Of a stretch of 42,252 nucleotides of DNA, positions 19,444 to 27,684 are shown piece after piece (position 1 is the first letter of the stretch; each line of letters starts with the position of its first letter). The DNA lies in the IMG/VR virus record IMGVR_UViG_3300048882_000450, positions 1 through 42,252 of that record, one strand, 5' to 3'. The DNA comes from a virus. Its lineage: Duplodnaviria > Caudoviricetes. Below the pieces are notes generated by a model. It made no database searches. It worked only from the letters and a program-made list of their open reading frames with translations, and was not told the origin of the DNA. Made by a program: the position numbers and the translations under genes.

Positions 19444-19770
19444 ATGGTAGTAGGGAGTAAACAGATTAAGAAGATGATATGTCTTGCATGTAAAGATATA
19501 ATAGGGGATCATTCTTTTAACAAACTAGGTAAATGCTTAGTAAGAGTACAATCAGAGTTACTATTAAAAACAGATGGATATTCAAAATTTAATAAAAATA
19601 GGAATGATGAAGGTACTACCGTAGGTGAAATTGAGACTACGGATAAGGAGAACAGTGTTCCAAATAGTAATCTAAATGAAGATATATTAGGTCAAAAAAT
19701 AGTACCTAATACATCAGATGGTGATCTAGGCTTTAACAAAATAGGCGAAATTAATGCTTTTGATAAATGA
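19444..19770 (+). CDS. Hypothetical protein with an N-terminal CxxC-H-C Zn site
   Basis: CLAC...DH...KC. ATG at 19444 lies about 29 nt after TTTATATA. Confidence 0.65.
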   Translation: MVVGSKQIKKMICLACKDIIGDHSFNKLGKCLVRVQSELLLKTDGYSKFNKNRNDEGTTVGEIETTDKENSVPNSNLNEDILGQKIVPNTSDGDLGFNKIGEINAFDK

Positions 19771-20191
19771 CAAATAAACACGATCACAACAAATGTATAA
19801 ATAATAACGAGAGTTATTGCTGGTGCCTTATATCAAGCATGCCAAAAAACATCAATTACAAAGATTTATATATGGAAGAATTCGAGGATTAACATGTACC
19901 CAGATGACAAACAAAAGAAAGAGCATTTAGTAGACTTTAACAATGTACTTGCTAATATTGAAAACGAGACAAAAAGTGCAGAGAGAGACTATCGTATAAA
20001 TGTATTAAAGGAATGTATAAGTAGATGTTCGGAATAAAGTCTTTATTGAATCTAATTAAAGGTAATAAAGAAAAATATTTCGGGTTATGTCATGCATGTT
20101 TTAAGAGTAATGTTGAACTATCTGAATCACATGAGATTATATGTGTAGATTGTTTCCCTAGAACAGGGTGAAATAATTGGAGTGTAAATAA

Positions 20192-20470
20192 TTGGACTGG
20201 GACGATAGAGAAGATGAGTTAGACGAGATATCTAATACTAACAAGATAAGACACTCTATGGAATGTCCTAACTGTAGAAGTAACACTTGGTCATTCTGTT
20301 GTTTTATCCCCGACTTTAAGAAGGGTAAAATAACAGAAGGATGTAATGAATGTAATAAGAGGGTAAAGAAAATTTGGGATAGAGAGAATATAAAGATAAG
20401 TACTGCTGTCACTGTTATAGTATTAGGTGTCATTGGGTTGATTGGATTCGCTATAGGATACCTAATATAA
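20192..20470 (+). CDS. Zn-ribbon protein with a C-terminal TM anchor
   Basis: CPNC...CNEC, hydrophobic C-terminus, GGAG SD before the TTG start. Confidence 0.6.
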   Translation: MDWDDREDELDEISNTNKIRHSMECPNCRSNTWSFCCFIPDFKKGKITEGCNECNKRVKKIWDRENIKISTAVTVIVLGVIGLIGFAIGYLI

Positions 20471-20531
20471 GTGTTTGTTTTAAACCGTAATAATGGATAG
20501 ATATATATAAGGTATTGGATAGAATATATTA

Positions 20532-21137
20532 ATGAAGATAAACACTATTAGTTTAGACACTATTTTAAACAATGTTCGTGTTAATGGTATTTGTTTAGAG
20601 TATACTGGTATGAAACATAGTGGAGGATACGGATCAGTAAAATTTAACAAAGGTAGGTTTTACGCACACAGATTTTTTTACATGGTATATAAAGGAGAAA
20701 TACCAAAAGGTTATGACATAGATCATTTATGTAGGAATAGACTATGTGTAGACCTTGATCATTTAGAAATAGTTACACGTAAAGAAAACCTTAGGCGTGG
20801 AAGAGGAATAGGAGGTAAATTACATATACCCCCCACAACTTGTAAGGATGGTCATACTTTAGTTATTGTGGATAAAAAGAACGGTAAAAGAGGTTGTCCT
20901 GTTTGTATAAAAATAGGTTTAATTAGGAGAAATAATGGTATACTAATTTTAGATATACAGTGTAGAAATGGTCATAAGCGTACCCTCCAAAATACAGGGT
21001 ATAGTAAAAATTCCATGACTGGTAATATGACTAGATATTGTAGAGACTGTGTTAAGATACGACTTAGAAATAACTACCCTCAGTTTGCAGGTGGTCGACC
21101 AAAGGGTATTTCGAATAAGATTAGGAATAAAGCCTAG
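20532..21137 (+). CDS. HNH endonuclease (HNH_3-like) with two C-terminal CxxGH...CxxC Zn-finger repeats
   Basis: GYG...AHR...IDHLCRNRLCVDLDHLEIVTRKEN; CKDGH...CPVC and CRNGH...CRDC. Confidence 0.9.
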   Translation: MKINTISLDTILNNVRVNGICLEYTGMKHSGGYGSVKFNKGRFYAHRFFYMVYKGEIPKGYDIDHLCRNRLCVDLDHLEIVTRKENLRRGRGIGGKLHIPPTTCKDGHTLVIVDKKNGKRGCPVCIKIGLIRRNNGILILDIQCRNGHKRTLQNTGYSKNSMTGNMTRYCRDCVKIRLRNNYPQFAGGRPKGISNKIRNKA

Positions 21138-21313
21138 CCCCGTAACTCTATTATATATGTATCGTAGTTGTATTAATATTTTTTTCCTGTCTGTAACCTC
21201 TTATTTCCCAAAAACTGTTTTTTTTACATGTGTACTGGGTCTCGCTAACTCGTTCCTGATACACTGTGGATTTGTGCCTAGAAGATATATACATTAGTAG
21301 TGCACAGTAACCT

Positions 21314-21687
21314 TGTAAGCGAGGCAATACACCCTCGTGGTCTTGCATTGGGCTTCATTTCCGACATGATTAGGCTTTGACGAGCGTGTTATAGTGTGAA
21401 CGCTTTGAGCCGAAAAGTTTAGGAAATATGAATCACCACTTTGGATTATCTCTTATAGAGTTTCGAGTGGTTACAAAAGTATTCAAGAGGGTATAAAATG
21501 GTGTTATTCCAATCCAGATTCCCTTATGTCAAAATATCTGAGCCCAGCTAGTTAGTCCTTGCCTTTTCGGTGTCTAGTTTAAAGGACTAGAGTAAACTTG
21601 GTCATTAGGGTAAAACCGAAGGTCAAGGGTTAAAGATTGCTACCTAATGGTAGCACGAGTGTGAGCGTACTACTTACACACTTTTTT
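21314..21687 (+). ncRNA. Unidentified large structured RNA candidate (~370 nt)
   Basis: No credible ORF and higher GC than the flanks. TATA-like box at 21285, at least ten helices with many G-U pairs on the + strand, terminal hairpin plus T6. Confidence 0.6.
21659..21687 (+). terminator. Hairpin GTGTGAG/CTTACAC followed by a T-run
   Basis: Read directly from the sequence. Confidence 0.6.
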
Positions 21688-21928
21688 ACTAAACAGTACG
21701 TACTGACAGTCATAAACTCTTATTGAGAATGACTTCAGGCGTACTAGATTGTAATTACTAAAACTATATAGTTCGTACTACGTACGTACGTATGGTTTTT
21801 TGGTAAATATCAACGGTTTAACCGTGCCTAACATCAATCAAAGTTGTTTCATATACAACAATACTTCTAAGGGATTAGACTATACTGTTGTGTTTGGTTG
21901 TGTGTTAGGTGTTTACAAGTTTATAGTT

Positions 21929-22054
21929 ATGGAACATGACGAAGAACTCTATGCTCAGTACTTTATACAAGGATTGAGCAATATTAAATGTCCTAGACAC
22001 ATACTTGATGTTGATACTGATAGTTGTGCTAAATGTGGACAACATTTGGGTTAA
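21929..22054 (+). CDS. 41-aa Zn-binding microprotein (CPRH...CAKC)
   Basis: ATG-started 3' half of track ORF 21800..22054; its stop lies in the repeat hairpin. Confidence 0.5.
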   Translation: MEHDEELYAQYFIQGLSNIKCPRHILDVDTDSCAKCGQHLG

Positions 22055-22180
22055 AACCCACCTTTTTACTCATGAAGTTAACGAATCTTCAAAACGAACT
22101 TATAGCATGGTCTAAATGGCATAGTAGAGCTATTAATCCAAGTGCTATGAAATTACAGGGTTAAAACCCCACTTTTTACT
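22048..22180 (+). repeat. Two 23-nt direct repeats GGGTTAAAACCC(AC/CA)CTTTTTACT at 22048 and 22158
   Basis: 21/23 identical and 110 nt apart; each is a mini-hairpin plus T-run. Confidence 0.85.
22072..22164 (+). CDS. 30-aa microprotein between the repeats (MKLTNLQNELIAWSKWHSRAINPSAMKLQG)
   Basis: Translated by hand; ATG 2 nt after repeat 1 and stop inside repeat 2. Confidence 0.45.
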   Translation: MKLTNLQNELIAWSKWHSRAINPSAMKLQG

Positions 22181-22194
22181 TGACAAAGTTAAAC

Positions 22195-22593
22195 ATGACT
22201 GAAATCAACCACCCAAGTACTGAAAATGTGATAGATATTATCATGAATACAGTAGCTAGGGGAGATATTGAATCCCGTCAAGCTGTTAGTGCTGTAAAGC
22301 ATATAATGGGTTTGGGTTCAAAGCCTGAGAATTTAATTGGCAAATCAGCCGAAAACCCAATCATGCAAGAGTTTCTTAATGCTGGCAATACATTTGCTAG
22401 TGATAACGATTGTGTGATGGAAGAATTACGAGGTTTTGTGATTAAAACCAAAGATGGTAGTATTCCCTCAAGGAATATTATTAATGGTTTAGCACAAATA
22501 TATCGTGGACTTCCCGAGAAGATGAGGTTTGGAGCATTTAGTAGAGCAGGAAGTGCTTTGCTAGTACTAAAGGAGAAATCTAATGGAGATTGA
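22195..22593 (+). CDS. Hypothetical early protein
   Basis: ORF track; overlaps the next gene, which has an AGGAG SD. Confidence 0.7.
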   Translation: MTEINHPSTENVIDIIMNTVARGDIESRQAVSAVKHIMGLGSKPENLIGKSAENPIMQEFLNAGNTFASDNDCVMEELRGFVIKTKDGSIPSRNIINGLAQIYRGLPEKMRFGAFSRAGSALLVLKEKSNGD

Positions 22594-22942
22594 ACTTGAA
22601 GTACTACTCGTGCCTATTGACGAAGGCATTGAGTTATTAGCAACATGTAATAATGGATTTAGTAGACTAGTCAAAACCATACATAACTATGAAGATGATG
22701 AAGGAGATTTTCCATACAGATACATGTTACAAGAAGACCCACGTGATTATTTATTGCGTTTAGATGACAAAGCAGATTTGTTTTTTATGAGTACATTACA
22801 AGTTCAAACTGCGTATAAAAATAGATATACTCAACCATACTCGAATCAAGAGTTACAAAGTTGGACTAAACAATGTGATTTGAAATACAACTCATTGAAA
22901 CGTAGTTATCTTGAAATAATGGAGATAAATAATGACGAGTGA
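22583..22942 (+). CDS. Hypothetical protein
   Basis: SD AGGAG; overlaps both neighbouring genes. Confidence 0.7.
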   Translation: MEIELEVLLVPIDEGIELLATCNNGFSRLVKTIHNYEDDEGDFPYRYMLQEDPRDYLLRLDDKADLFFMSTLQVQTAYKNRYTQPYSNQELQSWTKQCDLKYNSLKRSYLEIMEINNDE

Positions 22943-23927
22943 CTTTACAGTAGGTCATGAAGTCGAAGGTAATATAAGTAAATCTGATATTATTAGAGGA
23001 GACTTTCATCATGACGGTTCAGTAGATGTAGACGGTAATAGTAGTGAATGTAACGGTAGTTGTAGAGACGACTGTGAATGTCGTGACTACTGTGAATGTG
23101 AAAGTTGTAATATATGTGATATATGTCATGATACATGCGATGCCTGTTCATGTGAAGAATGTCGTACATGTTCTAGATGTGATGAGAATATAGATTCATG
23201 TGAATGTGACATGAGAAACCATTCTAATAATGATTGTGAGTCATGTAAAGTAATACAACTTAAGAATCATGATGAATATCTAGCGTGTGATAAATGTAGA
23301 ACACACTTTATAGACAATGAACATGTATACAACTGTGTAACCAACGATAATATGTCACATGAATGTGACTTTGAATGTGGTTGTGAATGTAATTGTGAAT
23401 GTGATTGCTCCAACGGAGAAGGAGATGATGGAGAGGTAGTTAGTAGAATATTACCTGAAGATGAATCAACTAGTTGGCTTGGTGCTAACGAAGATTCAAT
23501 ACTACGTACTAATAATACATGTGGTCATCACATACATGTAGGTGGAATAACAAACCGTGAGTATGCAGTACTAATGGATGTAGACTTTCACAATACACTC
23601 AAAGAAAAACTGTTAAAGTGGGGACATGAGCATAAACTTAAAGTTGACTCATCATTCTTTAGGAGATTAGAAGGTCATAATAGTTTCTGTAAAGATGACT
23701 TTAGACCACTTGAACAAAAGTATGACACAACAAAGTCAAGCCAAAGATATTGCTTTATCAATTATTGCTGGGCATTACATAGAACAGTAGAGATAAGAGT
23801 GCTCCCAGCATTTCAGAAACCAGAGTTAAGAATCAAAGCAAGTAATAAAGTATTAGAAATAATACATACATACTTGGATGAACACAAACCAAAGATACAT
23901 AGTTTAGAAATCAAGGAGGTGATCTAG
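22932..23927 (+). CDS. Putative amidoligase (COOH-NH2 ligase, Amidoligase_2-like) with a Cys-rich insertion
   Basis: Motifs in the expected order: GHEVE, DGS, EVVS, TCGHHIHV, RYCFIN, TVEIR. Confidence 0.8.
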   Translation: MTSDFTVGHEVEGNISKSDIIRGDFHHDGSVDVDGNSSECNGSCRDDCECRDYCECESCNICDICHDTCDACSCEECRTCSRCDENIDSCECDMRNHSNNDCESCKVIQLKNHDEYLACDKCRTHFIDNEHVYNCVTNDNMSHECDFECGCECNCECDCSNGEGDDGEVVSRILPEDESTSWLGANEDSILRTNNTCGHHIHVGGITNREYAVLMDVDFHNTLKEKLLKWGHEHKLKVDSSFFRRLEGHNSFCKDDFRPLEQKYDTTKSSQRYCFINYCWALHRTVEIRVLPAFQKPELRIKASNKVLEIIHTYLDEHKPKIHSLEIKEVI

Positions 23928-23930
23928 AAA

Positions 23931-24794
23931 ATGTGTGTAATAATGTGTATAGATGATGGTAACTATCCATCAAAGAATGACCTCAAAGATGCAGAGGATA
24001 TGAATAGTCATGGTGGCTCAATCGCATGGTTGAATCATGATAAGACTGTATCATATAAGAAAGGCATCAAAGCAAAACAAATCAATAGAATCATCAACAA
24101 ACAGTTGAAGCCTAAAGGAATTAGCACAGCTATCATTCACTTTAGAATAGCTAGTGTTGGTGGTGTTAAAAAGAATCTCAACCACCCGTTTGAGATTAGT
24201 AGTAAGGTAGAGTTAAACATGGAAGCAAGTCACATAACTAAAGATGTGTTGTTTCATAACGGCACGTGGAGTGAGTACGCTGAAGTGTTAGTGAACTACT
24301 TAAAAGGCTGTAAGAAACCACAAACAATACCAAGAGGTAATTATAGTGACAGTAGAATTATGGCTTACCTTGCACATAAGTTAGGAAGAAATGGTATGAA
24401 CAAACTAGTAACAGGTTGGAATAAGATAGCGATACTATCAAGTAAAGGTATAACAAAGTTTGGTGATGGTTGGTGTAAAGTTAATGGTGTGAAGTGTAGT
24501 AATGATTACTTTACAGGCACAGGCTTCCAATCTTTTGGAACTAAGACAACGTTTAATAAACCATTCAATTACATGACTGAACAAATAACTTATCTTAATG
24601 AAGATGAGAAGTTAGAGATGGTTAACCTCATTGATATATATGGAGTGAGTGAGGAAGAAATATCTGATATGTTATCAGATGGGACAAGTATATATGACAT
24701 AGGTAACAGATTAGATTTGGAAGAAGAATTAATGTTACAGAAACATAGTATAGAAGACGAGGTAATGTATTATAATAAGGGGGAATATAAATGA
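23931..24794 (+). CDS. Class II (Ntn) glutamine amidotransferase-like protein
   Basis: N-terminal MC nucleophile, N.HG, HFRIASVG, NHPF, FHNG and SDSR motifs; GGAGGTGA SD. Confidence 0.85.
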   Translation: MCVIMCIDDGNYPSKNDLKDAEDMNSHGGSIAWLNHDKTVSYKKGIKAKQINRIINKQLKPKGISTAIIHFRIASVGGVKKNLNHPFEISSKVELNMEASHITKDVLFHNGTWSEYAEVLVNYLKGCKKPQTIPRGNYSDSRIMAYLAHKLGRNGMNKLVTGWNKIAILSSKGITKFGDGWCKVNGVKCSNDYFTGTGFQSFGTKTTFNKPFNYMTEQITYLNEDEKLEMVNLIDIYGVSEEEISDMLSDGTSIYDIGNRLDLEEELMLQKHSIEDEVMYYNKGEYK

Positions 24795-25314
24795 CATATA
24801 AATGTAACTTATGTCCCCAAGAGTTTGATGAATCATCAATGGTTAAACAACAATTAACTAGACATGCTTCATGGCATCTACATTGTAAGAGAGATAAAAG
24901 AAATACTGTTGAAGGTAAGGTTGAATGGTCATGAGTAAAGAGAGAGCTGAGTGGGCTTGGCTTATGAAAGATGATGATGATTATGATGAGTAAAATGATG
25001 TGTGTAATATGTAGAGAGGTAGAGATATCACATCAAGAATGTGATTGGTGTAGTGAGTGTAATACAATCAGGCACGCAGAGATAAATGATTGGTTAACAC
25101 ATGACTACCCAGAGATAGTCAAAGAATATAATAGTAAGCACATATAATATAGTTGCTACCTATGTTCAATCGCATAGACACCTATATTATATCATGACTT
25201 CAATAGGGTGTGAGTTTATCTTTGGGCTCACTCCCCTTATACTTACCCATTAAAGTTGTACACGAACGCAGGGGGGGAATAGAGTATAGAGTATGAGTAC
25301 ATTTATGAATTACA

Positions 25315-25482
25315 ATGAACATAACATTAAAGGATAAAGAATATAATGAGTGGTGGATTGAGTTCACTACACGTAGATGGAAACATAAAGACCAAAGGAT
25401 TGGTGTGTATGATGGTGGCACGTTTAAGATGTGGCATTTTGGATTTATACATGTATGTCATTTATGGGATTATGAAGGATAA
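25315..25482 (+). CDS. 55-aa Trp-rich microprotein
   Basis: Translated by hand (MNITLKDKEYNEWWIEF...); lies between two structured non-coding segments. Confidence 0.45.
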   Translation: MNITLKDKEYNEWWIEFTTRRWKHKDQRIGVYDGGTFKMWHFGFIHVCHLWDYEG

Positions 25483-25510
25483 TAGTTAACATAGTTAACA
25501 TAAGCATAGA

Positions 25511-25634
25511 CGTTTGTCAGTAAAGAAAAAGGATTGAGAGTATCCTATAATTTCTTGTCTCTTTAAGCAGGGGATGGTCGATAGACACTACATTAATTAT
25601 AGTGACGAAATCACAGCGTTCTTTATTGGCGACG
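25511..25634 (+). ncRNA. Four-way-junction structured RNA candidate (~125 nt)
   Basis: A 16-bp closing stem (25511-25527/25619-25634) encloses three hairpins; the segment is intergenic. Confidence 0.5.
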
Positions 25635-25972
25635 GTGCAAGTTATGAATGAAGAAATGAAACAACTGTTGAAAGATACAGAAGAATTAATAGAGCTTGAA
25701 CTGTTAAGAGTACAGGCTAAGGCAATACAAAAGGAGTTAGAAGTATGACAGAAACATGTCCTTATGATTGGGAAGACTGTTATCAAGACGACTACGAATC
25801 AATGTGTGATGACTGTAAAGTAGACAGAGCAGAACGTATAGCTGATATGAGGAACGATAGAGATTGAGGTGTAAGAAATGACCAAATATAATGAAACACA
25901 GTTAGCAGAGCTGAGGTTAATACATAACTTACGTATTAAAATAACAAATATGAAGTTGGAGTGTTGTGTAGA

Positions 25973-26161
25973 TTGACTAAGATAAGAGTGACCATTGATT
26001 TAGATAGTGCTGATGAAATGTTTAATGATTGGGGTAATGATGTGTTAGATGGTAATTGTGTTACATCAATGGGTGTCGATACAGATGGTGTATATTGTGT
26101 TGTGTATAAGGTAAGAGATCATCTTATATCGTTTGAAGATGTTGAGGTGTTAAAAGAATGA
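25973..26161 (+). CDS. Small hypothetical protein
   Basis: ORF track; likely TTG start after GGAG; ATGA coupling to the next ORF. Confidence 0.5.
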   Translation: MTKIRVTIDLDSADEMFNDWGNDVLDGNCVTSMGVDTDGVYCVVYKVRDHLISFEDVEVLKE

Positions 26162-26265
26162 GAGTTTGTCCAGATTGTAACGGTTTTGGTTTCGTAGGAG
26201 ATGACGAAGAGTTCTGTGATTATTGTGATGGAGAAGGACGAGTCGGGGAGGAGTATGCAAGATGA
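26158..26265 (+). CDS. 35-aa DnaJ-type Zn-finger microprotein (CPDCNGFG...CDYCDGEG)
   Basis: Translated by hand; two CxxCxGxG repeats and ATGA overlaps at both ends. Confidence 0.65.
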   Translation: MRVCPDCNGFGFVGDDEEFCDYCDGEGRVGEEYAR

Positions 26266-26468
26266 GTGTAGATTATTTGATTGATTTACATATTAAGACT
26301 TATTATGAGGATGAAGTAATAACAGGTAAAGATGATGAGGGTAAATATGAAATTTGTAATATGTGCAAACAAAAAATATATGAACATAGTGAAGAATTAC
26401 CACTTGAAAATGGATGTTGTAACGAATGTTTGTTTGGTATTGAAGGAGAGATAGATTATGACAGATAA
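26262..26468 (+). CDS. Small Zn-finger protein
   Basis: CNMC...CNEC. Confidence 0.6.
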   Translation: MSVDYLIDLHIKTYYEDEVITGKDDEGKYEICNMCKQKIYEHSEELPLENGCCNECLFGIEGEIDYDR

Positions 26469-26643
26469 AGATTGTAAAGAATGTGAAGGTGAAGGTTACA
26501 TAGAATATGGTGGTATAAGACATTCATATTTTGGTGATGATAATGATGATGGATGTGAAACACTTCCATGCCCAGAATGTAATGGTGATGGGTATGATGA
26601 GGATTTAGCTTATGAATCATGGAGAGATAATCAACTTGAATAA
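26458..26643 (+). CDS. DnaJ-type Zn-finger microprotein
   Basis: CKECEGEG...CPECNGDG. Confidence 0.7.
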   Translation: MTDKDCKECEGEGYIEYGGIRHSYFGDDNDDGCETLPCPECNGDGYDEDLAYESWRDNQLE

Positions 26644-26884
26644 AACACTCAAAGTATATTGGACTGATAAGGAATGTACTGATACAGGCTACTCACTTGA
26701 AAGATATAGTACTACTTTACATTGTGATACGTGTAATAAGATAGGTTCATACTATGTTATTGGTGAAAAATATAAAATAGGATTATGTTATGGTTGTTTG
26801 GATACTTCCACTAGTATAAAATCGGTTGAGGTGTTAACTGATAATGGTATATGGCATAAATACAGATTTAACTATGACAGGTAA
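26636..26884 (+). CDS. Small Zn-finger protein
   Basis: CDTC...CYGC; probable TTG start after GGAG. Confidence 0.5.
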   Translation: MNKTLKVYWTDKECTDTGYSLERYSTTLHCDTCNKIGSYYVIGEKYKIGLCYGCLDTSTSIKSVEVLTDNGIWHKYRFNYDR

Positions 26885-27144
26885 GAGTTGTACACGAATG
26901 GCAGGAGATGATAAGAAATGACACCACTAGAATTTGAGATTAAAAAAATTATAATTAATCATAATTTACATTTAGTCTTGAAAGATTGTGAGTTTAATGG
27001 GGCAACAATGCGTGAGGTTTTACAAAAATTCATTGATGAGGTTTGTGGGTCTTGATATACAGTATGATTTATATTATGTATAATGTATAGTATTATGATG
27101 AATGGTGTAAACGATTCAAATTACTTTGGAGGAAGTGATTATTT

Positions 27145-27684
27145 TTGACAAAGGTCATTAATTCTAAAGATGTGGTAATAGATATACCACAAGAGTTGAT
27201 TTCTCTTTTCGTAATAGAAAAGAAGAAAATCAAAGGACTTAGTCCAGAAGGGATTAAGAAAATAACTGTCTATCTAGATGGCACACCTAAAATGTCTGTT
27301 AAAGACAAGGATGTGTTAAAGATTCTCCTTGAGAACAGGAAGAAATCAGATAGAACACCTAAAGAACAGGTGGCATATGAAATCTTGGTCGCAGAAAGAC
27401 TCAAGAAGAAAATGATTTCACAGTTGATTGAAATGCAACATATGTGGATTAAAATGCATAGAATCTCAGAGAAAGAGATTAGGTCATACGATGATAACGA
27501 GCTTCGTGTACAGTATCAAATGCATGATACATTGTGGAGTGATTACATAATCAAACCAAAAGCACCTAAACTTTGTGAAAGTTGTGGTGTAGAGGTAGGA
27601 AGATGTGAGGTGCTTATCATGACAGATGGTAAGCAAGTACAATATAATGACAAATGTCGGGAGTGTTATGATGAACGACAATAG
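27145..27684 (+). CDS. Hypothetical protein with a C-terminal Zn ribbon
   Basis: GGAGG SD, TTG start, CESC...CREC. Confidence 0.7.
   Translation: MTKVINSKDVVIDIPQELISLFVIEKKKIKGLSPEGIKKITVYLDGTPKMSVKDKDVLKILLENRKKSDRTPKEQVAYEILVAERLKKKMISQLIEMQHMWIKMHRISEKEIRSYDDNELRVQYQMHDTLWSDYIIKPKAPKLCESCGVEVGRCEVLIMTDGKQVQYNDKCRECYDERQ

Noticed and set aside
21049-21348. Track ORFs 21049..21297 (+) and 21151..21348 (-)
   Set aside because: They overlap the HNH gene or the RNA promoter, have atypical composition and lack start signals.
21314-21687. Group I intron, RNase P RNA or HEARO/omegaRNA identity for the large RNA
   Set aside because: It interrupts no gene. TAGTCC and GGACTA occur in the wrong order for P7. 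There is no GAGGAAAGTCC RNase P motif. The adjacent HNH protein lacks the RuvC and PLMP features of IscB.
22048-22180. Mini-CRISPR or TIGR-type array
   Set aside because: Only two copies, an 87-nt spacer that is an ORF, and no recognisable cas or Nop-domain gene.
25575-25612. Hammerhead ribozyme (stem followed by CGAAA)
   Set aside because: No CTGANGA core precedes the stem and stems I/III do not form.
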